From Paraspadella gotoi (taxonomy: Eukaryota; Animalia; Chaetognatha): 64,000 nt of DNA. The notes below the pieces were generated by a model, which was not told where the DNA came from, did no database searches, and was given only the letters and a program-made list of their open reading frames with translations. Within the stretch, counting starts at the first letter, position 1. Each line of letters begins with the position of its first letter. A program made the translations under genes and the position numbers. Positions 39,901-51,436 of this stretch are shown here, one piece after another. The DNA lies in contig CM119264.1 in assembly GCA_051294375.1 (NCBI GenBank), forward strand, positions 30,938,146 to 31,002,145, read 5' to 3'.

Positions 39901-41046
39901 CTGATCTCTTTCCCTAAACGATGAGGACGTCCTCAATTTGACTTTAGGCGGAGAAAGACCCCGGATGTTGGCTTCGACGTCGTCGTCGTCGTCGTCGTCG
40001 TTGACGCGATGACGAAAACGAGGCGAGGGAATCGCCATTCTCGCACTTTCGCTCCGTTGGATGGCGCGACTCTGTTTGAGTTTAGTTGTCATGGTGATAC
40101 GTAATACGATACCAAGTTGTAGTGTCACGCTATAAAATCGGTTCACGACCAATCTAAAATTTTTTTATTCATTTATTAAATCTTGCCACTTATTAACGAC
40201 GGGTTACTGTGGTTTAAGGCCTCCATCACTCTAACAAGATAATAACATAGCGGGACTTTGCAAGCTTTCAAATCATGATAATAACATAGCGGGACTTTGC
40301 AAGCTTTCAAATCATGATAATAACATAGCGGGACTTTGCAAGCTTTCAATCAAGTCACTCTCAGAATACCCGGCTTCCCTATCAATGATGTGGTGTAATA
40401 ATTCGTAAGTCCGGAAGAAAAATAACTTATTTATTAAATAAATTTTTATATTGGCTTTACTTGTACCTAGCTCATGGCATTATGAACCTTAAAATTGTTG
40501 ATTCTGATAATTACATTTACGTTTAATCATTGTACCATATCAACTATATGCAGCAGCCCTACCTTAAATGTTTTCCCCACCCCTCCTCCTCCTCCTCCTC
40601 CTCCTCCTCCTTCTTCCTCTCTCCTCGTTCTTCTTCTCACGATTCTCTCAGTACAGGATCTTCCATCTCCTCCTCCTGCAGGACGCATCCCGTATTTCCG
40701 GTGCTTCCTCGCCGCTGCGCCTGCCGCTTCCCCCGCTGCAGAATCTGCACCCGCTGCCCCCGCTGCCTCCCCTGCAACTGCTGCAGCCGCTGCAGGAGGT
40801 TTCTTTGCGACTTCAACGTCGACGTCGGTGACTCGAAGCAAAGGAACCGGCGCGGCGGCGCCGCTGGCGCCTCCAATCCCCTCGCCGGCGCCGCTAAAGC
40901 TCCCGGCGCTGATTTTTCGACTCCCGACGCTGCTTTTGGCGCCGAGAGAGGTCGCGCGACGATCGAAGGGCGACGCTTCGTCTTCTTCGTCTTCGCCGTC
41001 GTCGGAGCCTTTAGTGATCGATGGAACGTCGTCGTAATCTGGATCT

Positions 41047-41077
<31 letters not shown>

Positions 41078-41908
41078 GTGACGTGCTGATTGTTGTTGTC
41101 GTTGTCGTCGTCTTGGTCGGTCCCTTGGACGAGTCTTCCTCAGCCTCATGTAAAGTCTCTAGTCCGTCTATGAGAGGAAACGTGTTGGAAAGTGGGCGTG
41201 GCAGCGATGGAGCGAGGAGACGATCCTCTTCCTCTTCTTTTCTCTTCCTCTTCTCCTCCTCCTCTTCCTCCTCCTCAGCTCCTCTAGATTCAGTAGCAGA
41301 ATTCCCGTCCTCTTCCTCTTCCTCTTCCTCCTCCTCCTCCTTTTTTATTCTCTCTTCCTCATCATTTGAAACGGATTTTCTGGGAAGAAAAAAAGCTTTT
41401 AAAAATTATTCAATAACGATTATAATTGATTTTGGTCGCGGGGGCATAAATGGCTTTATATATCCTGTTAACCTCGAATGCTCGAACGGGGCCAAACCAC
41501 TTTAAATCCTTGACCCGGGCCAAGAGCTATTTAAATTGGCCCATTCTCAATAAATATCAGTGCCGGACATTTACAAAATTCCAAATTACGACGTGGACGG
41601 TATTCTTATTCAACAGGCGCTATTCTCTAAATGCTCGACCCCGGGCCGCATTACTCACCCGGACTTTCTCCTCCGCTCCAAATGCTCGACCCGGTCCTCG
41701 TAAAAGGACAAAGGCCGAAGCAGCGCGCCGCAGACGCAGAGGTTGAGAATGACGCCGCCGAGGATTAAGAGGGAACCGCGAAAGCCGAAGTGATCCAACA
41801 TGTATTGGGCGATTGGCGGGAAGATGAGAGTGCCGATACCCGTGCCTGATTTGATTGGTTTGATTGATTGATTGATTCATTGATTGATTGATTTATTGTT
41901 TGATTGAC

Positions 41909-41986
<78 letters not shown>

Positions 41987-44900
41987 CCTGATGCACTGAA
42001 ATATTTAAAAACTGGTTGTTTGACTAATTGTTCGATTGATTTGATTTACCAACTGATGCTTGGGATGAGTGCCGGTTGATTATTGAATCGATTCAAATTT
42101 CAATCGATTGTTCAATTGCTTGATTAATTGTTCAATTGCTTGATTAATTGTTCAATTGCTTGATTAATTGTTCTAATGCTTGATTAATCCTAAAATCTCA
42201 CCGGCCAACGACAACCCGTTCGCCAAGGACCGCCTCCGATTAAAGTAGCGACCGACCATGACGATGTTCGGCGTGTAGGCCAACCCCGACCCGAGTCCCG
42301 TCATGAATCCCGCCGTCAAATACATGAAGGTGAGACTCATGGCGAAGAAGCTGAGGATGTAACCGGAGGCTGCGAGAACGCCTCCGACGAGGACGACCGA
42401 CCGACAGGTGAAGCGGTTGGAGAGAGCTGAAGCGACGGGGCCAGAGCCCAGGGTCATGCCTTTTTGTGTGTGTGGGTGGGGGGGCGGAGGGTGGTGTGGG
42501 TGGGTTGGGTAGATTAGGAGGGGGGGAGGTGGTTTTTAATTCATTCGTTTATTGACGCCATTCGTTCTTTCATTCGTTCATTGATAAAATTATTATTTAA
42601 ATTATGTATTCGTTCAGTAATTCGTTATTTATTATTTCAGTTATTTCATAAATTCAATCAATCTTTTGTTTATTCATTTATTCATTTATTCATCCATCCA
42701 ACTATTCATCTCTCCATCCATCCAATCCATCCGTCCATCCATCCATCCATCCATCCATCCAATCCATCCGTCCGTCCGTCCGTCGGTCCGTCCGTCCATT
42801 CATCCATCCATCCGTCTGTTTATCCTTCCATCCATCCATCCATCCATCCATCCATCCATCCATCCATCCATCCATCCATCCATCCATCCATCCTTCCATC
42901 CATCCATCCATCCATCCATCCTTCCATCTAACCTTCCATCCATCCATCCATCCATCCATCCATCCATCCATCCGTCTGTCCATCCATCCATCCATCCATC
43001 CATCCATCCATCCATCTCATCCATCATCCATCCATCCATCTGTCCATCCATCCATCCTCCATCATCCTTTCTCTATCCATTCGTCCATCCATCCATCCAT
43101 CCATCCATCCTTCCATCCATCCTTCCATCTAACCTTCCATCCATCCATCCATCCATCCATCCATCCTTCCATCTAACCTTCCATCCATCCATCCATCCAT
43201 CCATCCATCTATCCATCCATCCATTCGTCCATCCATCCATCCATCCGTCCGTCCATCCATCTGTCTGTCCGACCATGCATCCATCATCCATCCATCTAAT
43301 CCATCCATCCATCTGTCCGACTGTCCATCCATCCATCCAATCCATTCATCCGTCCGTCCGTCCGTCCATCCATCCATCCATCCGTCCATCCATCCATCCA
43401 TCCATCTGTCAATCAATCCCTCCCTTCCCACCCCCAGCAATGGCGACGATCCACGAGGTGGCGCTGGCGCTGGCGTTAAAGACTTGACGCAACTCAACGA
43501 AGAAAACTCCAAATGCTCGTTGAAGTCCGATGCTGAGAATGTGCATGAGCGAACAGGCGACTACGATCATCCAGGCCCAACCCTTTCAATAAACAAGAAC
43601 GGTATCACGTGCATTTACATGACGTGACGTGACTACTTGAATACAATAACTTTCTTAGCCCGTGTATTTGTGACACGCACTGCATCGGAATTTTTTTTTT
43701 TTTTTATTCTTTCTAGTTTTAGGATTTCCTGAAGGCGGCGCTAGTACCTTAGATTTGATGTTTTTTCCAGTCTTGACAAATGAGCAACCAACTATAGGCA
43801 AGTTATGAGCATTTTTAATGTAAGTGGGACAGACCGATGAACCGACAGACCGACCGAAAAGTGACTTATAGAGTTGCTCCGTGAGTACACGCGGCGCAAC
43901 TAAAAAGACGCCTTTATGTATAAATTTTAAAGAAAATTACGATGTCTCTCTTTTCCGAAAGAGCGTTATTTCTGTTCCTATATCCATAAACTTAATTTTG
44001 ATCCTAGTAATATTTAACTTTAGTCATTAAAATAATCCCTAACTAATACATAGTCGTGCTGCAGGAGAACTCTCAGTAATTTTTCTGATTCTTCACTATA
44101 CACTATACTATATATCTTCCTATATTTTAAATCTGAATTCATACAAACAATATAAAAATTATCCATTCATTTAATAAATAATTTAACTTTCTTCCTGACT
44201 TTGGACCTTTATCCCCAACATGGCAGTACCTCGCAAGCTTTCTAAATCAAAACTCTCTAACTATAATTTATTCATTACGCTTCGTTCCTTATTTATCATT
44301 GACTTATTTTTATTAAATTTCACTTTTTCCCCTACTCCCCGGATGTAGGACCTACTCTTTCCTATTACATCCCTTCCTCACTTGATCGATCGGAAGATCA
44401 TGACTTTTGTTTTCTGATCCGAAATTTTCTTTATTTCTCGATCGACGTTTGATGGCGACAAAATCTGACCAAATAAAAAAAATATTTAATTAAGAAAATA
44501 TAATTTTTATCTTTTTTAATAATAATAACAAGGGGTGACTTTGTGGATATGGCACGAAGTTGGCTTGAAGATGTCTATCCGTATCTTCTGTGCCCCCTCA
44601 GCAGCAATGGAACGAGTCCTGGCTCCTGGGCTTGGAACCAGGCTTGAGGGCTTTCCAGGCCTCCAAGGCGGTCTACGGCCGTTCTCACGCTTCCCGCAGG
44701 GTAGGTACCATTGGGGATCGATCCCGGTATTTAATGGTCATGAGCTGACGGCTCCTCTCAATGAGCCACCGAACCTAACATGCTTATAGGCGGGGTGAAC
44801 TTATTGCATTGCCCGACTCACTGCCCTTTGAGAAAGACATATATGTAACGGAATGTGACATGACATGACTCAATCCAACATCAAACTGACTTTTTTCTTC

Positions 44901-46061
44901 CTCGTCGTTGGTCACGTGACGAATGGATTCCGTCGATTCGCCCTCAGATGTCGCCTTAAGAAAAAGGAGACAAAAAAAAACAAAAGGTACATTTTTGGGG
45001 GGGAAATAAAAACAAGAGGGAAAAAAAGAGAAACAGAGATGATGAAGAAACAACAACGACGACGACGACGACGATAAAAACCTTAAGATCCGTGAATTCC
45101 GAAAAAGGTCCTTTGTTCTCGTCACGTGATTCTGACAGTCGAGACTCGATCTCTCTCTGATAAAATAACGAAATGAACAGCGAGATGATGCACAGTCGCA
45201 CAGTTGCATACTGGTATATATACAGTAAGGCGTAGTGAAAGTTGCATATCAAAATTCGAATAGTTGTTCATGAACAGTATTGTACTAACGAACAATGTTA
45301 TATAATTTTTTTTTGAATATTTCAATTTGCGCATACGCCCATATTTATACGTAGTACTTACCATAGAAAATGTCAAAATTTTAAAATAGTTTTTTTTTAG
45401 TTTTGAAAGCAGATTCGAATTCCTCATAAAAAGTTGATAAAAGAAAATATAAGTCTAAATCAAAACTTCTTTCATTAAGTTAGCCAAAAATTCAAAAAAC
45501 TATATTTTTTATACTAAAATTTAATTATAGGTTAATTATAATAGTTTTTTTAGGATTTTGACCCACTTAATGAAATAATTTTCTTAAAAGAGTTATATTT
45601 CTATTTCTATTGTAAGTATTTTGCATCAATATGGGCGTATGCGAAAATTGAGAAATTTAAAAATATCAAGGTTCTCTGGTACAAGTCTATTCATGATCTA
45701 CTATTCGAATTTTTATTCTACTTGATTTTAATATTTTTGCTACGCTTTAATATACAGGGATTAGTGAAATTAATTATATTATTACTATGTAGTAATTTTA
45801 AGGAGAACGTTTACGGATATAATAAATAATGATTAAAGATAAAAATATTTTGCACTTGATGCAACATATAGGAATTTATATTTATATTTATATATACATA
45901 TTAATTGATGCATTGTTTAAATGAATTTAATACTTTGGAGATTTTAGCCGAATTAAATCGAAACGACGTCAATGAACATTTAGTTTAAAATAATTAGTGA
46001 ATTAATAATTAAATAAAATAATTAAATTATTAATTACCGAAGATGAAGGACGACGCGACAT
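17810..46061 (-). CDS. SLC16: Monocarboxylate transporter (SLC16/MCT, MFS), about 1000 aa. Approx. exons 5'->3': 46061-46038, 45156-45082, 44954-44891, 44464-44382, 43582-43432, 42459-42202, 41845-41659, 41379-40563, 40071-39901, 39543-39364, 38912-38716, 37577-37378, 36770-36597, 33281-33120, 19870-19745, 17996-17810
   Basis: Motifs seen: N-terminal MCT signature LPIDQGWAWMIV; [21 protein letters not shown]; [30 protein letters not shown]; [11 protein letters not shown]; DLSLLRN; ISDMIGRITWG; [29 protein letters not shown]. Splice phases are consistent across all 16 exons. Confidence 0.92.
18015..18165 (+). mobile_element. Second HINE-like family, 5' end
   Basis: TTTTTAGTCGAATCTGCT-TATC-AGCAGATTCCGACTCT hairpin followed by (GTCC)n. 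Confidence 0.5.
20559..32088 (-). CDS. Giant atypical septin GTPase nested in an MCT intron. Approx. exons: 32088-32022, Lys-rich exons at ~31.2-30.6 kb, ~30118-29304, 28748-26980, 26706-(gap/inversion)-24569, 23919-23580, 23029-22862, 22436-21373, 20718-20559
   Basis: G1 [20 protein letters not shown] (~28710-28650); switch I LKTTQIE and G3 [10 protein letters not shown] (~24860-24770); [18 protein letters not shown]; G4 [12 protein letters not shown]; septin-unique element [22 protein letters not shown]. Splice phases match at the junctions that could be checked. The N-terminal exons and 25.3-26.7 kb are uncertain because of gaps, indels and an inversion. Confidence 0.8.
21042..21076 (-). 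ncRNA. Minimal hammerhead-like motif with a collapsed stem II
   Basis: - strand reads AAACG-CTGATGA-AGAGTC-GAAAC-AT-GTA-CTGTTTT. Confidence 0.45.
21450..21775 (-). repeat. Coding ~30-bp tandem repeat, about 10 copies ([10 protein letters not shown]-like), in the septin C-terminal exon
   Basis: Unit TTCGCCTTTCCCCGTTCGCCGTTCCCTCTC lies within ORF 21369..22412. Confidence 0.93.
23218..23470 (+). mobile_element. Helentron-associated/DINE-1-like non-autonomous element, 5' part. Related copies at 43650-43905 (-), 32670-32868 (3' part), 52070-52190 and 14295-14355
   Basis: Starts TTTTTAGTTGCGCCGCGAGTACTCGCGGAGCAACTCTATAAG (sub-terminal inverted repeat plus hairpin), followed by a (GTCG/GTCT) microsatellite. 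The complementary GCGGCGCAAC lies near the 3' end of the 32.8-kb copy, before ..CTTGTTT. Confidence 0.7.
23580..23919 (-). CDS. Septin exon with G4 (AKSD) and the septin-unique element
   Basis: [38 protein letters not shown], bounded by a cag acceptor and a gtgag donor. Confidence 0.9.
24100..24491. mobile_element. MITE with perfect ~28-bp terminal inverted repeats and TA flanks (Tc1/mariner-type), in a septin intron
   Basis: ta-CACCGTGACCATTTGAAACCCGCCGCTA ... TAGCGGCGGGTTTCAAATGGTCACGGTG-ta. Confidence 0.9.
24569..25345 (-). CDS. Septin exon part with switch I, G3 (DTPG) and the VHCCLFF motif
   Basis: ORF 24532..25350 reads [63 protein letters not shown]. Donor AG|gtttg. Confidence 0.9.
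25341..26420. repeat. ~490-bp inverted duplication flanking the N gap at 25910-25934, inside septin coding sequence
   Basis: 25341-25825 is the near-identical reverse complement of 25935-26420. Confidence 0.93.
26980..28748 (-). CDS. Septin exon containing the P-loop (G1) followed by ~555 aa of Ser/Thr/Ala/Arg-rich low-complexity sequence
   Basis: Acceptor ttaaaag at 28749, then [38 protein letters not shown] in frame with ORF 26851..28647. Donor GAG|gtgaag at 26980. Confidence 0.85.
33471..33540. ncRNA. Minimal hammerhead-ribozyme-like motif in a fold-back arrangement (Penelope-like element remnant)
   Basis: + strand: AAAACG-CTGATGA-A-GACTT-gcaagca-AAGTC-GAAA. The - strand continues AAGTC-GAAACATCTC-CGTTTT, whose end is complementary to AAAACG. 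Confidence 0.5.
35598..36345 (+). pseudogene. Arylacetamide deacetylase/NCEH1-like (HSL-family alpha/beta hydrolase) C-terminal exon, antisense within an MCT intron; truncated or degenerate
   Basis: After the acceptor ttcgtag: EYRLAPKF.(FP)[15 protein letters not shown] (GDSAGG-like), [46 protein letters not shown]. At least two frameshifts are needed, no upstream HGGG exon was found, and there is no stop after the expected ..IENL end. Confidence 0.75.
41848..41990. repeat. (GATT)n microsatellite
   Basis: Directly visible. Confidence 0.95.
42690..43410. repeat. (CATC)n-type compound microsatellite in an MCT intron
   Basis: Directly visible CATC/CGTC tandem array. Confidence 0.97.
43650..43905 (-). 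mobile_element. HINE/DINE-1-like element copy
   Basis: Reverse complement of the 23218-23470 element, ending cgcggcgcaactaaaaa. Confidence 0.7.
45220..45757. mobile_element. Degenerate fold-back/MITE with long imperfect inverted arms; related AT-rich copies at ~15540-16000 and ~31340-31795
   Basis: tttgcgcatacgcccatat (45326) is inverted relative to atatgggcgtatgcgaaaa (45630); aaattcgaatag is inverted relative to ctattcgaattt. Confidence 0.6.
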
Positions 46062-46305
46062 TTTGGCCTCAGAGACGTCGCCGTGATTCCTAGGCAAATT
46101 TGAGAGCGAGACAAGACGGGAATTATTGTAATGAGGAAATGTAATGTGGTAACGAAATTGTACATCCGGAGAAGACGGATCGAAAAATAAGCAAAAAAAA
46201 TTAATGAAGAAAAAAAGAAAACGTAAATGAATTTATTTGATTGATTTGGAGAGAAAAAAAAAGTTGAAATATCGTGAAACGCTGTTAAAGACATTTACCG
46301 CAATC

Positions 46306-46358
<53 letters not shown>

Positions 46359-46684
46359 TCCTCCTTCCATCTCCCTCTTTCTCTTCCTCTCTCCCTCTTT
46401 CTCCTTCATTATTCCCTCTCCCTCTCTCCCTCCCTCCCTCCTTTTCTCTATCCCTCGTTTCCTTCCACTCTCTTTCCCTCTGACTCTTCCACTCTCTCTC
46501 ACTCTCACTCTTCCACTCCCTCTCACTCTTTCACTCCCTCTCCCTCTGAGGTCAATCTCCGGAATTAATGATGAATCGATTTCGTTCTTCGTTTTTCGAA
46601 ATTTAAAAGCGACAAAATTGAGGAGGAAGAGGAGGAGAAGGAGGAGGAAGAGGAAGAAGAAGGGGAGGAAAGATAAAGGGTAAA

Positions 46685-47810
46685 GAAGGTGGATAGACGG
46701 AGAAGGATAGATTTTAATAAAAGGTGGATGGACGGAGAAGGATAGATTTTAATAAAAGGTGGATAGACGGAGAAGGATAGATTTTAATAAAAGGTGGATA
46801 GATGGAGAAGAATAGATTTAAATAATAGGTGGATGGACGGAGAAAGATAGATTTTAATAAAAGGTGGATGTACGGAGAAGGATAGATTTTAATAAAAGGT
46901 GGATGGACGGAGAAGAATAGACTTTAATAAAAGGTGGATAGACGGAGAAGGATAGATTTTAATAAAAGGTGGATAGACAGAGAAGGATAGATTTTAATAA
47001 AGGGTGGATGGACGGAGAAGGATAGATTTTAATAAAAGGTTGATAGATGGAGAAGGATAGATTTTAATAAAGGGTGGATAGATGGAGAAAGATAGACTTT
47101 AATAAAAGGTGGATAGACGGAGAAGGATAGATTTTAATAAAAGGTGGATAGACGGAGAAGGATAGATTTTAATAAAAGGTGGATGGACGGAGAAGAATAG
47201 ACTTTAATAAAAGGTGGATAGACAGAGAAGGATAGATTTTAATAAAAGGTGGATAGACAGAGAAGGATAGATTTTAATAAAAGGTGGATGGACGGAGAAG
47301 GATGGATTTTAATAAAAGGTTGATAGATGGAGAAGGATAGATTTTAATAAAGGGTGGATAGATGGAGAAAGATAGACTTTAATAAAAGGTGGATAGACGG
47401 AGCAGGATAGATTTTAATAAAAGGTGGATAGACAGAGAAGGATAGATTTTAATAAAAGGTGGATAGACGGAGAAAGATAGATTTTAATAAAAGGTGGATA
47501 GACAGAGAAGGATAGATTTTAATAAAAGGTGGATAGACGGAGAAGGATAGATTTTAATAAAAGGTGGATGGACGGAGAAAGATAGATTTTAATAAAAGGT
47601 GTATAGACAGAGAAGGATAGATTTTAATAAAAGGTGGATGGACGGAGAAAGATAGATTTTAATAAAAGGTGGATAGACAGAGAAGGATAGATTTTAATAA
47701 AAGGTGTATAGACGGAGAAGGATAGATTTTAATAAAAGGTGGATGGACGGAGAAAGATAGATTTTAATAAAAGGTGGATAGATGGAGAAGGATAGATTTT
47801 AATAAAAGGT
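46685..47810. repeat. 35-bp tandem minisatellite, about 32 copies (AAAGGTGGATAGACGGAGAAGGATAGATTTTAATA)
   Basis: The same phase recurs every 210 bp (6x35) at 46741, 46951 and 47161. Units differ only by point substitutions and have no spacers. Confidence 0.97.
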
Positions 47811-48271
47811 AGTTAAGGTTTTAGAGTTTTTCTGAATTAGAAAATGACTGACTTTGGTTGCGGATGTGATTCAGATTGGAGATGTGACATGTGATAGAAA
47901 TTAAAGAGGGAGCGGCAGATGTTGTCTCGAATGATGTCACAGATAATGTCACAGATGATGTCACAGATGAGAAGGATGTTGTTGACAGTCGTTAAGGCTT
48001 CAGATGACGGAGGTAAACCACATCCAGAAGTCAAAGGGAAAACAGAGAAAACCAGGGGGCTCAAAATCCACTTGAGGTCATTGGTGCAGGAGGTAATCAT
48101 TCGCCTCCTGTAAAAGTCCAGGGTTCTAGCCCGGTGGCCCCCAACAGTTAAGAGGGACGGGTCGTTTAACCCGCCAGTAACATGGTGTTACAGCCTGCTC
48201 CGAAGTTCAGGTACTGCTTATATTAAAAAGTTATATTATTAACTCTTAACAATTATATTGTCTCTTCAAAA

Positions 48272-48310
<39 letters not shown>

Positions 48311-49006
48311 TTCTCATTATTGACTAAGCGGCCTCGGCGGGTCTGTAGAAAAAGGAACTATATTCATTCGTTATTTTTAGTTACCGTTTTAAGACATATT
48401 ATATTTTATTATATTTTATTATATTATATTTTAAGACATATTACCCCGTGTTATTCGCTAACTTCAGAACTTTAGATTTGACTGTAGTTCTTTAATAATT
48501 CATCGTAACTATTTTAAGGTTAATCGTTAACTAATTTGTAAATAGTCAATGGGTAATCATGAGTAGTTTTGGTTAATTTTCTTTGATATCGAGTCTCACA
48601 TCAGTTTTGTCCACTCGTAGAATCACAGGCTCGTCACAATTCATGCAATATGATGTAATTTTTCACGTTATTGGGTAACCACTAGCATAGCAATTCGTCT
48701 TCATGGAACTGTCGATCGTTGTTTCAATAAAGATAACGATAATTGAAGATAATTATAAAAAATTAAATCAGATTAAATTAATAAAAAACTATGCATTAAT
48801 TATTATTTATAATAACCTTTTAAGAGACGTGAAGTTAAGTAGCGGCGGCATTTGTAGATTCGTTTCACGAGTTTGGAATCAAAACGAAAATAGCATTCGG
48901 CTTCGATGGCGTTTTAAAAGATCGAACCTGATCGAGAGCAGGTGACGAGATTTTTGGATGAAAAATTGTTTCGATGTGGAATTTGCGCGATCTCTCCTCC
49001 TTCTCT

Positions 49007-49065
<59 letters not shown>

Positions 49066-49569
49066 TCTCTCTAACTTCCTGATTTCTAAGAAAATCGCTT
49101 TGATGACGTCATCAGGTGCTCGGTTTAAAGTTTTAAAACGAAAAAGAAAATCGATTTGTCAATCGAAGTTTGACACAAAAATTGACAAAGAAATTGACGG
49201 ATGAAAGTTTCTGTTAAATTTTTTACCTTTTTAGTTTCTTTTTTAATTTTTTTAAACTTTTTTTGTTTTTTTTTTTCTTTTTTTCTTTTTTTCGATGGAA
49301 TTTCGCGAATTCGCGAGATTTGATTTTATTGCGTCAAATTTGAAAAATTTACACAATTGGGTGTTTTTTTTTCACTCTTCTCTTTTTGCTGAATATTTTA
49401 GCAACTATTTATACTTTTTAGCAATGTTCATTTACGTCAGTATTGCCCCTGATCCCTCGGAATTATTGTTGAAACATAGTTTATTTTTTTATTATCTATT
49501 TTTGCTGAAAATAGATTCAGGTAAAAATAAATCTTCGGGCGAAGAAAGTGGAACTGGTGATATCTAAAC

Positions 49570-49625
<56 letters not shown>

Positions 49626-51372
49626 TTGTAAAGGTGAGTGTCCCTTCAATTTTCAAACGTGTGACAAAAAAAGTCAGAAAACCAAGGATGAAATAGAAAA
49701 AAAATTTCAGTCAAAAAATCGGTCAGGTTTATATTTTACGTTTATAAAGGAAAAAAAATTGTGCCTGATTTTCCCAAAACACCCCATTTTTTCTTAAATT
49801 CGGAATTAGATTAATAAACAAAGTCGAAACATATATGTTTTTAAATAAAAACAAATCATTGTTGCCATTCAAATTTTTGATTTTTTGTCTAAGGTTAAAT
49901 AGTAAAGTTAAAATTAAATTCCAGGATAAAGGTACAGAAATAGGGCGGTCTGGGAAAAGAGAGCCGAGAACCAAGATCAGGATTTTAAAGTGAAAAGTAA
50001 AACCGTTGTTCTTTTTTTTTAAACTTTGAATCATTGCGACCCAAAGATTAAGGAGGAGACGACTTAAATTGTTTGTTTTTTATGCATAAATACTAAGAAT
50101 CCCGGTGTATGAGTACTGAGTTTTGTCAAAAAAATACCAGTTGGCTAAACTAATAGTATTTAATGCTTTGTATTGTATAATTAATTTTTTTTATCAGGAG
50201 AAAATCAAACTCACTTTTTTTCTTTGGCTTGAGTTTCATTTTTAACGATTTATTTTTAGTTTTTTATTGATTTTTTATTTCCTACTTTATTCCTGTTTCA
50301 CCTTAACCTCGGAAAAAATCAAACTATATAGATTCTTCTATTCAGACCAAGCCTTCTAGAACATTAAAACCCAAGCCTTTTATCTTTCTGTCTGTCTTTC
50401 TTTTTGTCTTCCTGTCTGTCTTTCTGTCTATCTGAATGTCGTTCAGTTTGTCATTTTCTTTCTCTTCTGTCAATTTTTTTCTCTCTTTCTTTCCGTTTTC
50501 TTCTGATAAAGACGGATGTGAGGTTATCGCTGAGTGGGATATAACTGACGTCACGAGGCTAAGATGTGAGGTCATCGATGAGTGTGATATCACTGACGTC
50601 ACGAGGGTGAGGCGAGGATGAATTCCTCTAGCTAAACAAAAAAGTGTCTGCGAACTTGGTATTTTGTAATTTAAATTATATTAATTTTGTATTGTATTCT
50701 TAAATATATTTAAGTTTTTTAAACATTTAACTTTTTGTCGATAACTAACTCCTCTTCTGTCTTTTATATGACAACATGACTTCATTTCTCTTTATGAAAT
50801 CATTCTTAAATTAACTTATGTATGTTTATTGTGCATTTTCCTACACTTACAGAACTCAATTTTGATAAAAGTTTAGATATTCTTGTGCGATAAGCAAATG
50901 TCTGGATTTACTCTAGAACCCGCCCCGCGCCATGTAGCTATTTGAGCAATAAAGGCGCATTATGCCCAAGAAAAGTCGATTTCAAAAATTTATTGAGTTG
51001 AGATACAATCGCTGGCACTCCTCTCTTTTAGTGACTAGGAGAGTGCTTAGTGACAATCACGAATTTTGGTGATGAGTTTATTTGAACAGGAACGCAATCA
51101 CAGGTATCACAAGAGCAACAACAACTAGAAGATCTATTCTACAATTACTTTAATACTTTTGGCTGAATCAGTCTACAAAGCCTATTGGCTGAGAATTACA
51201 AGTTACAATTTACATTGAATGAGAAGACGACGTCTCCCATTGGTTGATAATTACTTAACATTATTTTATTCTTATCAGATACGTCTGCCTCTGGTGGCCA
51301 GCTCAGAAACGAGTATTTATGTCTTTTTCCTTTACGAGTTTTTATGACGGCAATTACGAGGGTCAAGTGGGT

Positions 51373-51436
<64 letters not shown>

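Noticed and set aside
42581-43512. Long ORFs of HPSI/MDGW repeats
   Set aside because: These are translations of the (CATC)n microsatellite inside an MCT intron.
46685-47810. Regular 35-bp array resembling a CRISPR array
   Set aside because: Units are contiguous with no unique spacers, there are no cas genes, and the context is eukaryotic; it is a minisatellite.
49095-50605. TGACGTCA (CRE-like) motifs and candidate 5' UTR exons upstream of PCYT1
   Set aside because: They are plausible but cannot be supported without transcript or conservation data; the motif also occurs elsewhere in the window.
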